Assembly (NCBI GenBank): GCA_947452995.1
Contig: CANGEV010000010.1
Span: 4,182-68,181 of the forward strand
Origin: Chitinophagales bacterium
Lineage (GTDB): Bacteria > Bacteroidota > Bacteroidia > Chitinophagales > CAIODY01
DNA length: 64,000 bases
Reading direction: 5' to 3'
Part shown: positions 17,210 to 26,825 of the stretch, piece by piece
Layout of the letters: every line of letters begins with the position of its first letter
How positions within the stretch are numbered: the stretch's first letter is position 1
Notes under the pieces: generated by a model
The model's database searches: none
Seen by the model: only the letters and a program-made list of their open reading frames with translations
What the model was told of the DNA's origin: nothing
Program-made: the position numbers and the translations under genes

Positions 17210-18208
17210 ATGAATATAATTGTCCCTATGGCCGGCGCCGGAAAACGTATGCGCCCTCACACCCTCACTACTGCTAAACCATTAATCCCTGTTGCTGGAA
17301 AGCCTATTGTAGAACGCTTAGTGGAAGATTTAGCTGCGATGTGCACTGAAAAATTAGAAACCATCGCTTTCATTATCGGTGATTTTGGTGCAGCTGTCGA
17401 AAAACAATTATTGGAAGTTGCAGCACGTTTGGGCGCGCAAGGGAAAATATATTATCAAGACGAACCACTCGGAACAGCACATGCTATTCTTTGCGCCAAA
17501 GAAGATTTGCAAGGGAATGTAATCGTCGCTTTTGCAGATACACTATTCTATGCTGATTTTAAAATCAATCCTGCGGATGAAGGAATGATCTATGTGCAGC
17601 AAGTGGCCGACCCATCTGCTTTTGGCGTTGTGAAGTTAGATGCAGAAGGAATCATTACCGACTTTATCGAAAAGCCTAAAGAGTTTATCAGCGATCTAGC
17701 CATTATTGGGATCTATTACTTTAAAGATGGTGCTCGTCTCCGAAAGGAATTGCAATATTTATTGGATAACGATATCAAAGAGAAAGGGGAATACCAATTG
17801 ACGAATGCATTGGAGAATATGAAGCAACAAGGCTTGAAATTCCGTGCCGGACAAGTAATTGAGTGGTTGGATTGTGGAAATAAAGACGCCACAGTGCATA
17901 CCAACCAACGTGTCTTGGCGCGTGTGGGGCATTCAGTTGCTAGCAGTGCAAAGATTAGCAATAGCACCATTGTCGAACCATGTTTTATAGGAGAGGGAGT
18001 GACCATCGAAAACGCAGTCGTAGGCCCCTATGCTGCTATCGGAGCAAATGCTTGTATCGAAAATGCTGTCGTTAGCAATTCCATCGTTCAGACACATGCC
18101 TTTATTCAAAATGCAGTTTTAACTAATAGTATGATTGGTAACCACGCTACCTTCCGTGGACATGCAGCTGACTTAAGCCTTTCTGATTATACGACAGCCT
18201 CTCATTAA
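17210..18208 (+). CDS. Sugar-phosphate nucleotidyltransferase with C-terminal hexapeptide (left-handed beta-helix) repeats
   Basis: ATG 17210 gives MNIIVPMAGAGKRMRP...KPLIPVAGKP, the nucleotidyltransferase signature. The C-terminus has IENAVVG/IENAVVSNS/IQNAVLTNS repeats. Confidence 0.75.
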   Translation: MNIIVPMAGAGKRMRPHTLTTAKPLIPVAGKPIVERLVEDLAAMCTEKLETIAFIIGDFGAAVEKQLLEVAARLGAQGKIYYQDEPLGTAHAILCAKEDLQGNVIVAFADTLFYADFKINPADEGMIYVQQVADPSAFGVVKLDAEGIITDFIEKPKEFISDLAIIGIYYFKDGARLRKELQYLLDNDIKEKGEYQLTNALENMKQQGLKFRAGQVIEWLDCGNKDATVHTNQRVLARVGHSVASSAKISNSTIVEPCFIGEGVTIENAVVGPYAAIGANACIENAVVSNSIVQTHAFIQNAVLTNSMIGNHATFRGHAADLSLSDYTTASH

Positions 18209-19950
18209 TGCGGAAACTTCTTTTTTCTCTAGTCGCTGTTGTTTGCTTGTTCGCTTGTAAAACGAAAGCTCCGCAAAAGACGGAGATCGCCCAAGTGCAG
18301 CCGAGCGAAGACACCCTGACGAAGAAGGAGGTGCAAGAGATGCGTTTGTATCTGGACGGAAAGAAAGCCTTATTGCTCGATGATCCGATTCAAGCACAAG
18401 GTGATTTTGAAGAATGTCTGCGGATCAATCCACAGGCCTCTGCTGCGGCATTAGAACTTGCCAAAATTTATATCCAACGGCGAGAGTTTGCACGCGCCGC
18501 CTATTTTATCGATTTAGCGGAAAAAGCTTCTCCGAACCAAGAGGAGGTTTTGCAAAATAAAGCGCTTATTCAGCTGGCGAATAAACAAAATCAAGAAGCC
18601 ATTAAAACCTATAAAGGTTTAATAAAAAGCTTTCCAAATCAAGTCCAGTATTACCTCGCACTTATTTCATTACAAGAACAAAACAAGCAAATAGACGAGG
18701 CGATTAAAACCTTGGAAGCTTTGCAGCAACGCTTTGGTGTACAAGAAGAATACAGAGTGCGTGAAATACGTTTGTTAGAGATGTCGGGTAAATGGTCGAA
18801 GGCGGAAGAACTTGCCGAAAAGTTAATTCAATCGAATCCACGAGAAGGTGCCTATTATGCCGTCTTGTTGGAAATATATTTAGCAAGCAAGCAAGAGGCG
18901 AAATTTGCACAATGCATCGAACGCATGCGCGTCGCTTGCCCCAATGATGCGACCGTTGCAGGGGTATTGGCACAGTATTATTTACAAAGCAAGCGCTATA
19001 CAGAATCAATGGATGCTTTAGAGAAAGTGCTTTCTGAGAATACGGGGAATGCCAACTTGAATATCATTGAAGAAGTGTTGGCTCAGCTTGCACCAGTTGT
19101 GGAAGCCGAACCAGAATATTTGCCACGTCTGCAAAAGCTTTTGGATTTATACGTGCTCCGTAATAGTAATTCTATCCGCGCCTACTTGATGTTGGGCGAT
19201 CTACAAGCTCGAAATAAACAATATTTGCAAGCCTTGAATAATTATCAAAAGTCGGCTAATCTTGGTTTTCATGATTGGATTATCTGGCAACAAATGATGT
19301 TGGTATGCTCGGAAGGCAATCTGACAGATTCCTTGATGAAGGTAAGCAAGCAAGCTTTAGACCTCTTCTCCGAACAAGCAATGCCGTATTATTTCATTGC
19401 GCAAGTTAATTTAGAAACAAGTCAATACGATAGCGCCTTGTATTATTTGCAGGAAGGATCGGTGCGCTGTGCCGATAATAAGCCTTTAAAGGCTCAATTC
19501 TATTCATTGCTAGGCGATACCTATCACAAGCTAAATAGAAATGCAGCCAGTGATAGTAGTTATGAAACCGCATTGTTTTTAGAGCCCTCGAATGTTTATG
19601 TGATGAATAATTACGCGTATTATTTGTCGCAACGTCGGTTTAACCTTACGCGAGCCCATGATCTTGCTAAACAAGCATGTGCGCTCGACCCTAAAAATGC
19701 GAATTTTATTGATACCTATGCTTGGGTACTGTTTCAAGAAGAAAAGTACAACGAGGCGAAGGATATTTTGCTCAAGGCATTACAGTTGACAGATAAAAAC
19801 GCTACCATCTGGGAGCATTATGGGGATATTCAGTCCAAACTTGGTTTAATAGACCAAGCGCTTCTTTCTTGGCAAACAGCTCGAGATTTAGGGGCCAAAG
19901 GAGTAGTAGTCGAAAAAATTCGCGAAAAGCGATATTTAGAGGCAAAATAA
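18208..19950 (+). CDS. TPR-repeat lipoprotein
   Basis: 580 aa with a lipobox (VVCLFAC) followed by many 34-residue TPR-like repeats. Its start shares one nucleotide (18208) with the upstream stop codon (TAATG). Confidence 0.7.
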   Translation: MRKLLFSLVAVVCLFACKTKAPQKTEIAQVQPSEDTLTKKEVQEMRLYLDGKKALLLDDPIQAQGDFEECLRINPQASAAALELAKIYIQRREFARAAYFIDLAEKASPNQEEVLQNKALIQLANKQNQEAIKTYKGLIKSFPNQVQYYLALISLQEQNKQIDEAIKTLEALQQRFGVQEEYRVREIRLLEMSGKWSKAEELAEKLIQSNPREGAYYAVLLEIYLASKQEAKFAQCIERMRVACPNDATVAGVLAQYYLQSKRYTESMDALEKVLSENTGNANLNIIEEVLAQLAPVVEAEPEYLPRLQKLLDLYVLRNSNSIRAYLMLGDLQARNKQYLQALNNYQKSANLGFHDWIIWQQMMLVCSEGNLTDSLMKVSKQALDLFSEQAMPYYFIAQVNLETSQYDSALYYLQEGSVRCADNKPLKAQFYSLLGDTYHKLNRNAASDSSYETALFLEPSNVYVMNNYAYYLSQRRFNLTRAHDLAKQACALDPKNANFIDTYAWVLFQEEKYNEAKDILLKALQLTDKNATIWEHYGDIQSKLGLIDQALLSWQTARDLGAKGVVVEKIREKRYLEAK

Positions 19951-19990
19951 TTCACGAATTTCTAAGATTTTGAGGAAAATCAGTGTGAAA

Positions 19991-20023
19991 ATTGACTTTT
20001 TTAAGTGAATTTGACTACCTTTG
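19991..20023 (+). promoter_or_regulatory. Candidate atp operon promoter
   Basis: ATTG (19991-19994), a 21-nt spacer, then TACCTTTG (20016-20023). Confidence 0.45.
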
Positions 20024-20049
20024 CGTTCTCAAAAAATGACGTTTCACTC

Positions 20050-21213
20050 GTGAAGGGATTAAAAAATACTTTATTTGTCGGCTTTTTAGTTGCTTTTACC
20101 CTTGTTTTTGCAGGGTTAAATGAAGCTAAAGCTGTTGATGTTACCACTGCGGCTGCTGTTCAAACATCGGCTGTAATTGCTGCAGAAGAAAATACTAACG
20201 AAGCAACCGCAAATGCTGCCGAAGAAAAGCACGAAGAAGCTGCGGCGCACGAAGGTGCTCATGAAAAGTTTAATCCAGCTGAAGTAATCAAGCATCACGT
20301 TAAAGATGCCTACAGTTGGGATTTCTTCGAAATGGACGGTAAAGCCGTTGGTTTCAATTTGCCTTGCTTAGTGTATTCTCCAAAATTAGGCTTGTCTTGC
20401 TTCTCTTATGCCAAAATTAAAGAACACGGCACTGAATATGAAGGCTATTCTATCGACCATTTGACGCATAAGATTACACGTGAAGACGGAGAAAAGTTTT
20501 ACGATATATCTATCACTAAGAATGTGGTGTCTTTGTTGATCAGCGCTTTCTTGTTGTTGTTTATTTTCATCGGTGTAGCGCGTAAATATGCTAAAAACCC
20601 TAACAGCGCACCAACAGGCTTTCAAAGTCTGTTAGAGCCATTGATCTTAATGATTCAAGAAGATGTGGCAAAGCCAATGTTGGGTAAAAAGTATTTGAAA
20701 TTCTTGCCGTATCTATTAACATTATTCTTCTTCATTTGGATCAACAACTTACTAGGATTGATTCCTGGAGGAGCTAATTTAACAGGTAATACCTCTGTAA
20801 CAGCGGTTTTAGCAGGTGTTACATTCTTTTGCATAATGGCGTTCTCGAATAAGCATTATTGGGGACACATATTTGCAATGCCAGGCGTTCCGAAGTTTGT
20901 ATTGATTATCCTAACACCGGTTGAGATTCTTGGTATTTTCATTAAACCTTTTGCGTTATTGATACGTCTTTTCGCAAACATCTTGGCGGGTCATATGATC
21001 ATCCTTACGGTAGTTGGTTTAATATTTATCACTGCTGAAATGAGTAAAGGCTTGGGAATAGGGACAGCAGTGTTCAGTATGGTTTTTGGTGTTTTCATGT
21101 TCAGTATAGAATTGTTGGTGGCATTCGTGCAAGCCTATATCTTCACCACGTTGAGCGCATTGTTCATCAGTGAAGCGGTTGCCGAACATCATCACGAGGA
21201 AGCACATCACTAA
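20050..21213 (+). CDS. atpB: F0F1 ATP synthase subunit a
   Basis: The conserved C-terminal half contains LRLFANILAGH. The track ORF starts at GTG 20005, which lies upstream of or within the -7 element, so GTG 20050 (MKGLKNTLFVGF...) is preferred. The protein ends in a His-rich tail (AEHHHEEAHH). Confidence 0.85.
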   Translation: MKGLKNTLFVGFLVAFTLVFAGLNEAKAVDVTTAAAVQTSAVIAAEENTNEATANAAEEKHEEAAAHEGAHEKFNPAEVIKHHVKDAYSWDFFEMDGKAVGFNLPCLVYSPKLGLSCFSYAKIKEHGTEYEGYSIDHLTHKITREDGEKFYDISITKNVVSLLISAFLLLFIFIGVARKYAKNPNSAPTGFQSLLEPLILMIQEDVAKPMLGKKYLKFLPYLLTLFFFIWINNLLGLIPGGANLTGNTSVTAVLAGVTFFCIMAFSNKHYWGHIFAMPGVPKFVLIILTPVEILGIFIKPFALLIRLFANILAGHMIILTVVGLIFITAEMSKGLGIGTAVFSMVFGVFMFSIELLVAFVQAYIFTTLSALFISEAVAEHHHEEAHH

Positions 21214-21251
21214 AAGGTCTTTTTTTAATCACTCAATAAAACGTAACAATT

Positions 21252-21491
21252 ATGTTATTAGAAGTAGCAAATTTGGCATTGGCTTATGCAGGTGCCGGTA
21301 TCGGAGCAGGTTTGGCAGCAATCGCAGCTGGTCTTGGTGTAGGTCGCATCGGTGCGAGCGCATTGGAATCAATTGCGCGTCAACCTGAAGCTACAGGAGA
21401 CATCCGTACAAACATGATCATCATGGCTGCCTTCGTAGAAGGTGTGGCTTTGTTGGGCGTGTTGACTTGTATGTTGATCGTTTTCAAGTAA
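21252..21491 (+). CDS. atpE: F0F1 ATP synthase subunit c
   Basis: 79 aa forming a two-helix hairpin. It has GAGIGAGLAAIAAGLGVG, ARQPE and the carboxylate-bearing second helix AFVEGVAL. Confidence 0.95.
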   Translation: MLLEVANLALAYAGAGIGAGLAAIAAGLGVGRIGASALESIARQPEATGDIRTNMIIMAAFVEGVALLGVLTCMLIVFK

Positions 21492-21580
21492 GCCAATCAA
21501 AACTCCTAACTGTATCCCGCTAGCGGATGGCGAACGGGATACAGTTTATTCAAAAACAAACGCAGAAAAAGCAAAATAAA

Positions 21581-22075
21581 ATGGATTTACTATTACCGGA
21601 ATTTGGTTTATTCTTTTGGACAGCGATTGTCTTCTTGATCATTTTGTTCTTGTTAACAAAATTCGCATGGAAGCCTGTTGTAAAGATGTTGAACGAACGT
21701 TCTGAAGGTATTCATCAAGCATTGAAAAGCGCTGAAGCAGCTCGTGCTGAAATGGCTAGCCTCACAGCGGATAACCAACGCATTTTGAACGAGGCAAAAG
21801 AGGAAAAATCACGTATCATCAAAGAAGCTAAAGAAGCTGCAGAAAAATTGCGTGCTAATGCCGCAGATGCTGCTAAAGCAGATGCTGCTAAAATCTTGGC
21901 CGATGCTAAACGTGAAATCGAAAACCAAAAGAATGCTGCCATGCTGGAAATCAAAAACCAAATTGGCACACTCGCTACAGAAGTAGCTGAAAAAATGATT
22001 CGCAAAGAGTTGAAGAAAGATGGTGAGCAAATGAACTATGTGAATTCTTTGGTGCACGAAATGAAATTGAATTAA
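21581..22075 (+). CDS. atpF: F0F1 ATP synthase subunit b
   Basis: ATG 21581 gives MDLLLPEFGLFFWTAIVFLIILFLL (single TM), followed by a long charged helix. Confidence 0.9.
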   Translation: MDLLLPEFGLFFWTAIVFLIILFLLTKFAWKPVVKMLNERSEGIHQALKSAEAARAEMASLTADNQRILNEAKEEKSRIIKEAKEAAEKLRANAADAAKADAAKILADAKREIENQKNAAMLEIKNQIGTLATEVAEKMIRKELKKDGEQMNYVNSLVHEMKLN

Positions 22076-22096
22076 TCGCCCTCATAAAACGTATTA

Positions 22097-22654
22097 ATGG
22101 GAAATATTAAACTCGCCGGACGCTACGCAAAGTCATTAATGGACTTGGCCGCCGACAAAAACGCTATCGAAGCGGTTTTTGCTGACGCTAAGCTCTTTAA
22201 TACCGTTGCTGCCGATCGCGAATTCTTCGTGATGATGAAGAGTCCAGTGATCAAAGCCGATAAGAAGATCGCAATCTTCAGCGCGCTTTTCGCTGCTTCA
22301 ATGAACGAATTGACCATGGCTTTCTTCCGCATCGTTATCACTAAAGGTCGTGAAGCCTTTTTACGTGATATCATGCTTGAATTCGTTGCACAATACAACG
22401 AACGCAAAGGAATTATGCCTGTACATTTCACATCAGCAGCACCTGTTGATGAAAAAGTAATCAGCACCCTTAAGTCGATGTTGCAACAACAGTTGAACTT
22501 CAAGGAGGTTGAAATCACAAATAAAGTGGATGATAAATTAATTGGTGGATTCACCCTTGAATTCAACAACCAATTGATCGACGCTTCTATCCTTCATGAT
22601 TTGAACGCTATCCGTAGCCAATTCACGTCTAACGAATACAATAAACAATTCTAA
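22097..22654 (+). CDS. atpH: F0F1 ATP synthase subunit delta
   Basis: 185 aa, OSCP/delta-like (RYAKSLMDLA, LIGGFTLEFNNQLIDASI). Its position in the operon agrees. Confidence 0.9.
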   Translation: MGNIKLAGRYAKSLMDLAADKNAIEAVFADAKLFNTVAADREFFVMMKSPVIKADKKIAIFSALFAASMNELTMAFFRIVITKGREAFLRDIMLEFVAQYNERKGIMPVHFTSAAPVDEKVISTLKSMLQQQLNFKEVEITNKVDDKLIGGFTLEFNNQLIDASILHDLNAIRSQFTSNEYNKQF

Positions 22655-22675
22655 AAATCAGATAATTCATTTGCC

Positions 22676-24253
22676 ATGAGCACAGCAATAAAACCTGAAG
22701 AAATTTCAGCTATCCTCCGCCAGCAGTTAAGCAACCATGACGCTTCTGCAAACTTAGAAGAAATCGGTACAGTCCTTCAAGTAGGTGACGGTATCGCGCG
22801 TATTTACGGATTGAACAATGTTCAGTCTGGTGAATTGGTCGAATTCGAAAGTGGTGTACAAGCCATCGCCTTGAACTTGGAAGAAGATAACGTGGGTGTG
22901 GTATTGATGGGCGCAAGCACAAATATCAAAGAAGGTGACAAAGTTCGTCGTACGAACAAAATCGCCTCTATCAAAGCCGGTCCTGGTATGGTCGGCCGTG
23001 TAGTAAATACACTTGGTCAACCTATCGACGGTAAAGGTCCTATCACAGGCGACTTATATGAAATGCCTTTGGAACGTAAAGCACCAGGGGTTATCTACCG
23101 TCAGCCGGTTAAAGAACCATTACAAACAGGTATCAAAGCGATCGATGCCATGATTCCTATCGGACGTGGACAACGTGAATTGATCATCGGCGACCGTCAA
23201 ACAGGTAAGTCGACTATCGCGATTGATACAATCATCAACCAAAAAGAATTTTACGATAAAGGTGAACCAGTTTACTGTATCTACGTTGCTATCGGACAGA
23301 AAGCTTCTACCGTAGCTGGGGTTATCAAAACTTTGGAAGATAAAGGTGCAATGGCTTATACAACAATCGTTGCAGCCTTCGCTTCAGAACCCGCTCCATT
23401 ACAGTTCTATGCTCCTTTCGCAGGTGCAGCTATCGGAGAGTTCTTCCGCGACTCTGGTAAACCAGCCTTGATCGTTTATGATGATCTTTCTAAACAAGCG
23501 GTAGCTTACCGTGAAGTTTCTTTGTTGCTACGTCGTCCTCCAGGACGTGAAGCATATCCTGGTGACGTGTTCTATTTGCATAGCCGTTTATTAGAGCGCG
23601 CTGCGAAAATCATTGCGAAAGATGATATCGCGTCAAAAATGAACGACTTGCCAGCTTCAATGAAGTCTATCGTGAAAGGTGGTGGTTCTTTAACCGCTCT
23701 TCCAATCATCGAAACACAAGCAGGTGACGTTTCTGCATATATCCCAACTAACGTAATCTCGATCACCGATGGTCAGATCTTCTTGGAATCGAATTTGTTC
23801 AATAGCGGTATCCGCCCTGCGATTAACGTAGGTATCTCTGTATCACGTGTAGGTGGTAACGCGCAGATCAAATCCATGAAGAAAGTAGCTGGTACTTTGA
23901 AACTCGACCAAGCGCAATATCGCGAATTGGAAGCGTTTGCGAAGTTCGGTTCTGACTTAGATGCTGCTACAAAAGCAGTTTTGGATAAAGGGTCTCGTAA
24001 CGTAGAAATCTTGAAGCAAAAGCAGTTCAGCCCGATGAGTGTTGAAAAGCAAGTAGCTATCATCTACTTAGGTACAAATGGTTTATTGACTAAAGTGCCT
24101 GTAAACAAAGTGAAAGAGTTCGAAGAAGAGTACTTAACACAATTAGAAGCTTCTCATAAAGATACTTTAGATGCTATCCGTAAAGGTGGAATTGATAATG
24201 CAATTACTGCCGTATTGGAAAAAGTAGCTAAAGATTTAATGGTTCGTTACTAA
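22676..24253 (+). CDS. atpA: F0F1 ATP synthase subunit alpha
   Basis: 525 aa. Walker A is GDRQTGKS, with conserved alpha-subunit blocks throughout. Confidence 0.98.
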   Translation: MSTAIKPEEISAILRQQLSNHDASANLEEIGTVLQVGDGIARIYGLNNVQSGELVEFESGVQAIALNLEEDNVGVVLMGASTNIKEGDKVRRTNKIASIKAGPGMVGRVVNTLGQPIDGKGPITGDLYEMPLERKAPGVIYRQPVKEPLQTGIKAIDAMIPIGRGQRELIIGDRQTGKSTIAIDTIINQKEFYDKGEPVYCIYVAIGQKASTVAGVIKTLEDKGAMAYTTIVAAFASEPAPLQFYAPFAGAAIGEFFRDSGKPALIVYDDLSKQAVAYREVSLLLRRPPGREAYPGDVFYLHSRLLERAAKIIAKDDIASKMNDLPASMKSIVKGGGSLTALPIIETQAGDVSAYIPTNVISITDGQIFLESNLFNSGIRPAINVGISVSRVGGNAQIKSMKKVAGTLKLDQAQYRELEAFAKFGSDLDAATKAVLDKGSRNVEILKQKQFSPMSVEKQVAIIYLGTNGLLTKVPVNKVKEFEEEYLTQLEASHKDTLDAIRKGGIDNAITAVLEKVAKDLMVRY

Positions 24254-24268
24254 TAAAAATTATTCCGA

Positions 24269-25150
24269 ATGCCGGGTCAATTAAAAGAGGTACGAAGCAG
24301 AATTACGTCGGTTAACTCGACGCAACAGATTACCAAAGCAATGAAAATGGTGTCTGCAGCGAAGTTACGTCGTGCGCAAGATCGTATCACACAAATGCGC
24401 CCCTATAGTCAGAAATTGTCTGAAATGCTCGGACATATCGTGACAGGGGAAGCAAATATCGAAATTAAGTTGGCTACAGAACGCCCTGTCAATAAGGTCT
24501 TGGTTGTTTTAATGACCAGCGATCGTGGATTGTGCGGTGGCTTCAACGCTAATTTGATTAAAGCTACTCGTCAGCTTATTAATACACAATACGCCAACCA
24601 TGCTAAAAATGGTACTTTGGAAGTGATGTGTATTGGTAAGAAAGGTGCTGATACCTTGAAACGCGTCTATAATGTGAATGACAAACATATGGGTTTATTC
24701 ACAGGCCTTAGCTTCGCTTCTGCGGCGCAAGTGGCTGAAGAAATAATGAACGCTTTCGAACATGGCACCTATGATAAAGTAGATATCGTGTATGCACAGT
24801 TTAAAAATGCTGCCACACAAATTTTTCAAGTAGAACCTTTCTTGCCTGTTGCAAAAACAAAGGCTTCGAAAGATACACATAACGAAAACAACGAATTTAT
24901 CTACCAGCCTTCCAAAGCTACTTTGATTGATGAATTAGTACCTCGCATCTTGAAGACACAATTCTTCAAATGCTTGGCCGATACAAACGCCTCCGAACAT
25001 GGAGCTCGTATGACAGCGATGGATAAAGCAACGGATAACGCAAACGACTTATTAAAGCAATTGCGTATCACTTACAACCGCGCTCGTCAAGCAGCCATCA
25101 CAACCGAATTAACGGAAATCGTGAGTGGCGCAGCTGCCTTGCAAGGATAG
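24269..25150 (+). CDS. atpG: F0F1 ATP synthase subunit gamma
   Basis: 293 aa. It has the N-terminal ITKAMKMVSAAKLRRAQ and the C-terminal ITTELTEIVSGAAAL. Confidence 0.96.
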   Translation: MPGQLKEVRSRITSVNSTQQITKAMKMVSAAKLRRAQDRITQMRPYSQKLSEMLGHIVTGEANIEIKLATERPVNKVLVVLMTSDRGLCGGFNANLIKATRQLINTQYANHAKNGTLEVMCIGKKGADTLKRVYNVNDKHMGLFTGLSFASAAQVAEEIMNAFEHGTYDKVDIVYAQFKNAATQIFQVEPFLPVAKTKASKDTHNENNEFIYQPSKATLIDELVPRILKTQFFKCLADTNASEHGARMTAMDKATDNANDLLKQLRITYNRARQAAITTELTEIVSGAAALQG

Positions 25151-25176
25151 TTTGCAAAAATGATTTATGAATGTTT

Positions 25177-25215
25177 AAAAATCCCTGCTTCCTATCGGAG
25201 CGGGGATTTTTGTTT
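25177..25215 (+). terminator. Rho-independent terminator of the atp operon
   Basis: The stem 177-192 pairs with 197-211 with one bulge (AAAATCCCTGCTTCC / GGAGCGGGGATTTTT). A TTTTGTTTT run follows. Confidence 0.75.
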
Positions 25216-25313
25216 TAATAATTTCCTCCACGCTATTTACAGTTTAGTATTCCATATTTTTTACGTCGACTAAGCTGTATGTAATTAGCATCCTTATTTT
25301 GTATGAAATGAAT

Positions 25314-25321
25314 TAACTTTG
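25314..25321 (+). promoter_or_regulatory. -7 promoter element (TAACTTTG) ahead of the DpnD/PcfM-like gene
   Basis: This is an exact TAnnTTTG match 18 nt before ATG 25340. I found no good -33 element. Confidence 0.35.
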
Positions 25322-25339
25322 CGAAATAAATTCAAATCC

Positions 25340-25525
25340 ATGCCTACCTATAAAATTGAAATCATCGAAACTTTGTCGCGTGTCGTGGAAGTAGAAGCCG
25401 ACAATTCGGATATCGCAATGGATATGGTACAAGAAATGTACGATAACCAAACGATTGTATTAACGGATGAAGATGTGGTAGAAGTGGAGCTCATCGAAAC
25501 CTGGGATGATCAGGATCTTAATTAA
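25340..25525 (+). CDS. Small acidic protein, DpnD/PcfM-like
   Basis: The 61-aa product is MPTYKIEIIETLSRVVEVEADNSDIAMDMVQEMYDNQTIVLTDEDVVEVELIE. It resembles the DpnD/PcfM small-protein family as I remember it. The TTG start at 25319 overlaps the -7 element and is rejected. Confidence 0.45.
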   Translation: MPTYKIEIIETLSRVVEVEADNSDIAMDMVQEMYDNQTIVLTDEDVVEVELIETWDDQDLN

Positions 25526-25558
25526 TTAAGAATTGAGAATTAGAAATTAAGAATTGTC
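25524..25558 (+). repeat. Five tandem heptads AATTAAG AATTGAG AATTAGA AATTAAG AATTGTC
   Basis: The 7-nt periodicity is read directly. It begins inside the stop codon of the preceding gene. Confidence 0.75.
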
Positions 25559-25640
25559 TTTTGTCTTGTCCTGAAAAAACAGACATTGGTTTCGACAGGC
25601 TCAACCAACATTCAAAGAGTAATTGAATTATTATCGTAAC

Positions 25641-25680
25641 TCAATCATTCATCATCTTTCATTATTAATTCTTCATTTTT
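25641..25680 (+). repeat. Degenerate 7-nt-periodic tract (TCAATCA TTCATCA TCTTTCA TTATTAA TTCTTCA)
   Basis: Read directly. It has the same TTCA-type heptad flavour as the repeats at 351-413 and 37001-37147. Confidence 0.6.
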
Positions 25681-25716
25681 CCAAGGTGCTTTCGTTCGTG
25701 TCTCACGGAAGAAAAC

Positions 25717-26079
25717 TTATTTTTTGCTTTTTTCTAGCAAGCCTTTTAGCCGTGCGTTTTCTGCCTCCAGCAATGCAATGTATTTTTCAGTATGACTAGA
25801 AAGATGATTATGCAAGTGTACTTGTTCGGCGCCTGTCCCTTGTACTAATTCGTTGTTTGTTATGTTAAATACATGACTTGCATCGAAATTAAGAATTTTT
25901 GATATGTCCGTTTCTAGGACATTAGCGATAGCATATAATTTATTGAGCGTTATTTCAGTATCTCCTCTTTCTAGTTTAGCATACCCAGAGGTACTTAATC
26001 CTAGCTTTTGAGCCATAAATTCACGTGAAATATTCTTTAGCTCGCGTAAACGTTTAATGTTTTCAGATATCTCTTTCAT
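25717..26079 (-). CDS. XRE-family helix-turn-helix transcriptional regulator with a C-terminal coiled coil
   Basis: 120 aa. The HTH_3 pattern is IKRLRELKNISREFMAQKLGLSTSGYAKLERGDTEITLNKLYAIANVL, and the C-terminus is YIALLEAENARLKGLLEK. Confidence 0.85.
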   Translation of the reverse strand: MKEISENIKRLRELKNISREFMAQKLGLSTSGYAKLERGDTEITLNKLYAIANVLETDISKILNFDASHVFNITNNELVQGTGAEQVHLHNHLSSHTEKYIALLEAENARLKGLLEKSKK

Positions 26080-26135
26080 GTCCTTTTATGTGTTTAAATA
26101 CCCTTAAAAGTAATCTATTGTCCTTATAAGTGTTA
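26080..26135. promoter_or_regulatory. Direct repeats GTCCTTTTATGTGTTT / GTCCTTATAAGTGTTA, a candidate operator in the divergent XRE promoter region
   Basis: The units at 26080-26095 and 26120-26135 match at 13 of 16 positions and start 40 nt apart. The first abuts the XRE start codon. Confidence 0.35.
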
Positions 26136-26344
26136 TTTATTTGTGTTATTTTTGTTCTAATTAATAGGTAACAGCAAGAAAATGAATGCTTCATAAAACG
26201 TATTTCTTTTAATGAGGCAAACCTTTGTCTGAACGACCTTTTAACTCAGTTAAAATACAAAACATTTACTTAAAAACGGAGACTTGTAACCGTAAAAAAC
26301 AGGGCGTATCCGAAAAGCCAAATGAGTAGGGAAACAACTGCGAA

Positions 26345-26770
26345 ATGAAAAATTTATTTGTCTTTTTTTTGTTATTTACATCGTTCTCAGCTTCATCTCA
26401 AATCTATTTTAAAAACAACACTGAAGAACCAGTAAAATTAGCTTTTTGCAAATATTATGACGTTGATGGCTCTAAGTATTGGGGTTGTGCAGGGTGGTAT
26501 TATGTTGAACCAGGTGATAATATTGTTGTTTCATCTTCCATTGGACTATATGATAATATTTATTACTATGCTGAATCAACTGTCAGTGATAAAAAATATC
26601 AAGGAACTACTACATTTTTAGTAGATCCAACAGATAAGTTTTTTATTAAAAATGCAGATAAAGAGTATCAAATGAAAATAAATCCTAATTTTATTTGGTA
26701 TAAATTTCGCCATTTAGATATGCAACAAACGATGTTCCAAATGTCATATACAATTGAACTTAATTATTAA
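26345..26770 (+). CDS. Small secreted protein, possibly DUF1036-like
   Basis: 141 aa with a signal peptide (FLLFTSFSASSQ). The pattern IYFKNNTEEPVKLAFC...YWGCAGWYYVEPGDNIVV...IYYYAES resembles DUF1036 as I recall it. Confidence 0.4.
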   Translation: MKNLFVFFLLFTSFSASSQIYFKNNTEEPVKLAFCKYYDVDGSKYWGCAGWYYVEPGDNIVVSSSIGLYDNIYYYAESTVSDKKYQGTTTFLVDPTDKFFIKNADKEYQMKINPNFIWYKFRHLDMQQTMFQMSYTIELNY

Positions 26771-26825
26771 TGTAATATTGTACTATCAATAAAGTATGCG
26801 TCATTTTGTCGAAAATTTTTAGTGA

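Noticed and set aside
21170-21388. 72-aa plus-strand ORF bridging atpB and atpE
   Set aside because: It overlaps the ends of two well-supported genes in a different frame and has an implausible Arg/Ser/Cys-rich sequence.
25151-25320. Missing atpD and atpC after atpG, as a possible operon disruption by the islet
   Set aside because: As far as I know, separation of atpDC from atpBEFHAG is the normal arrangement in many Bacteroidota. A clean terminator also follows atpG, so this is not evidence of disruption.
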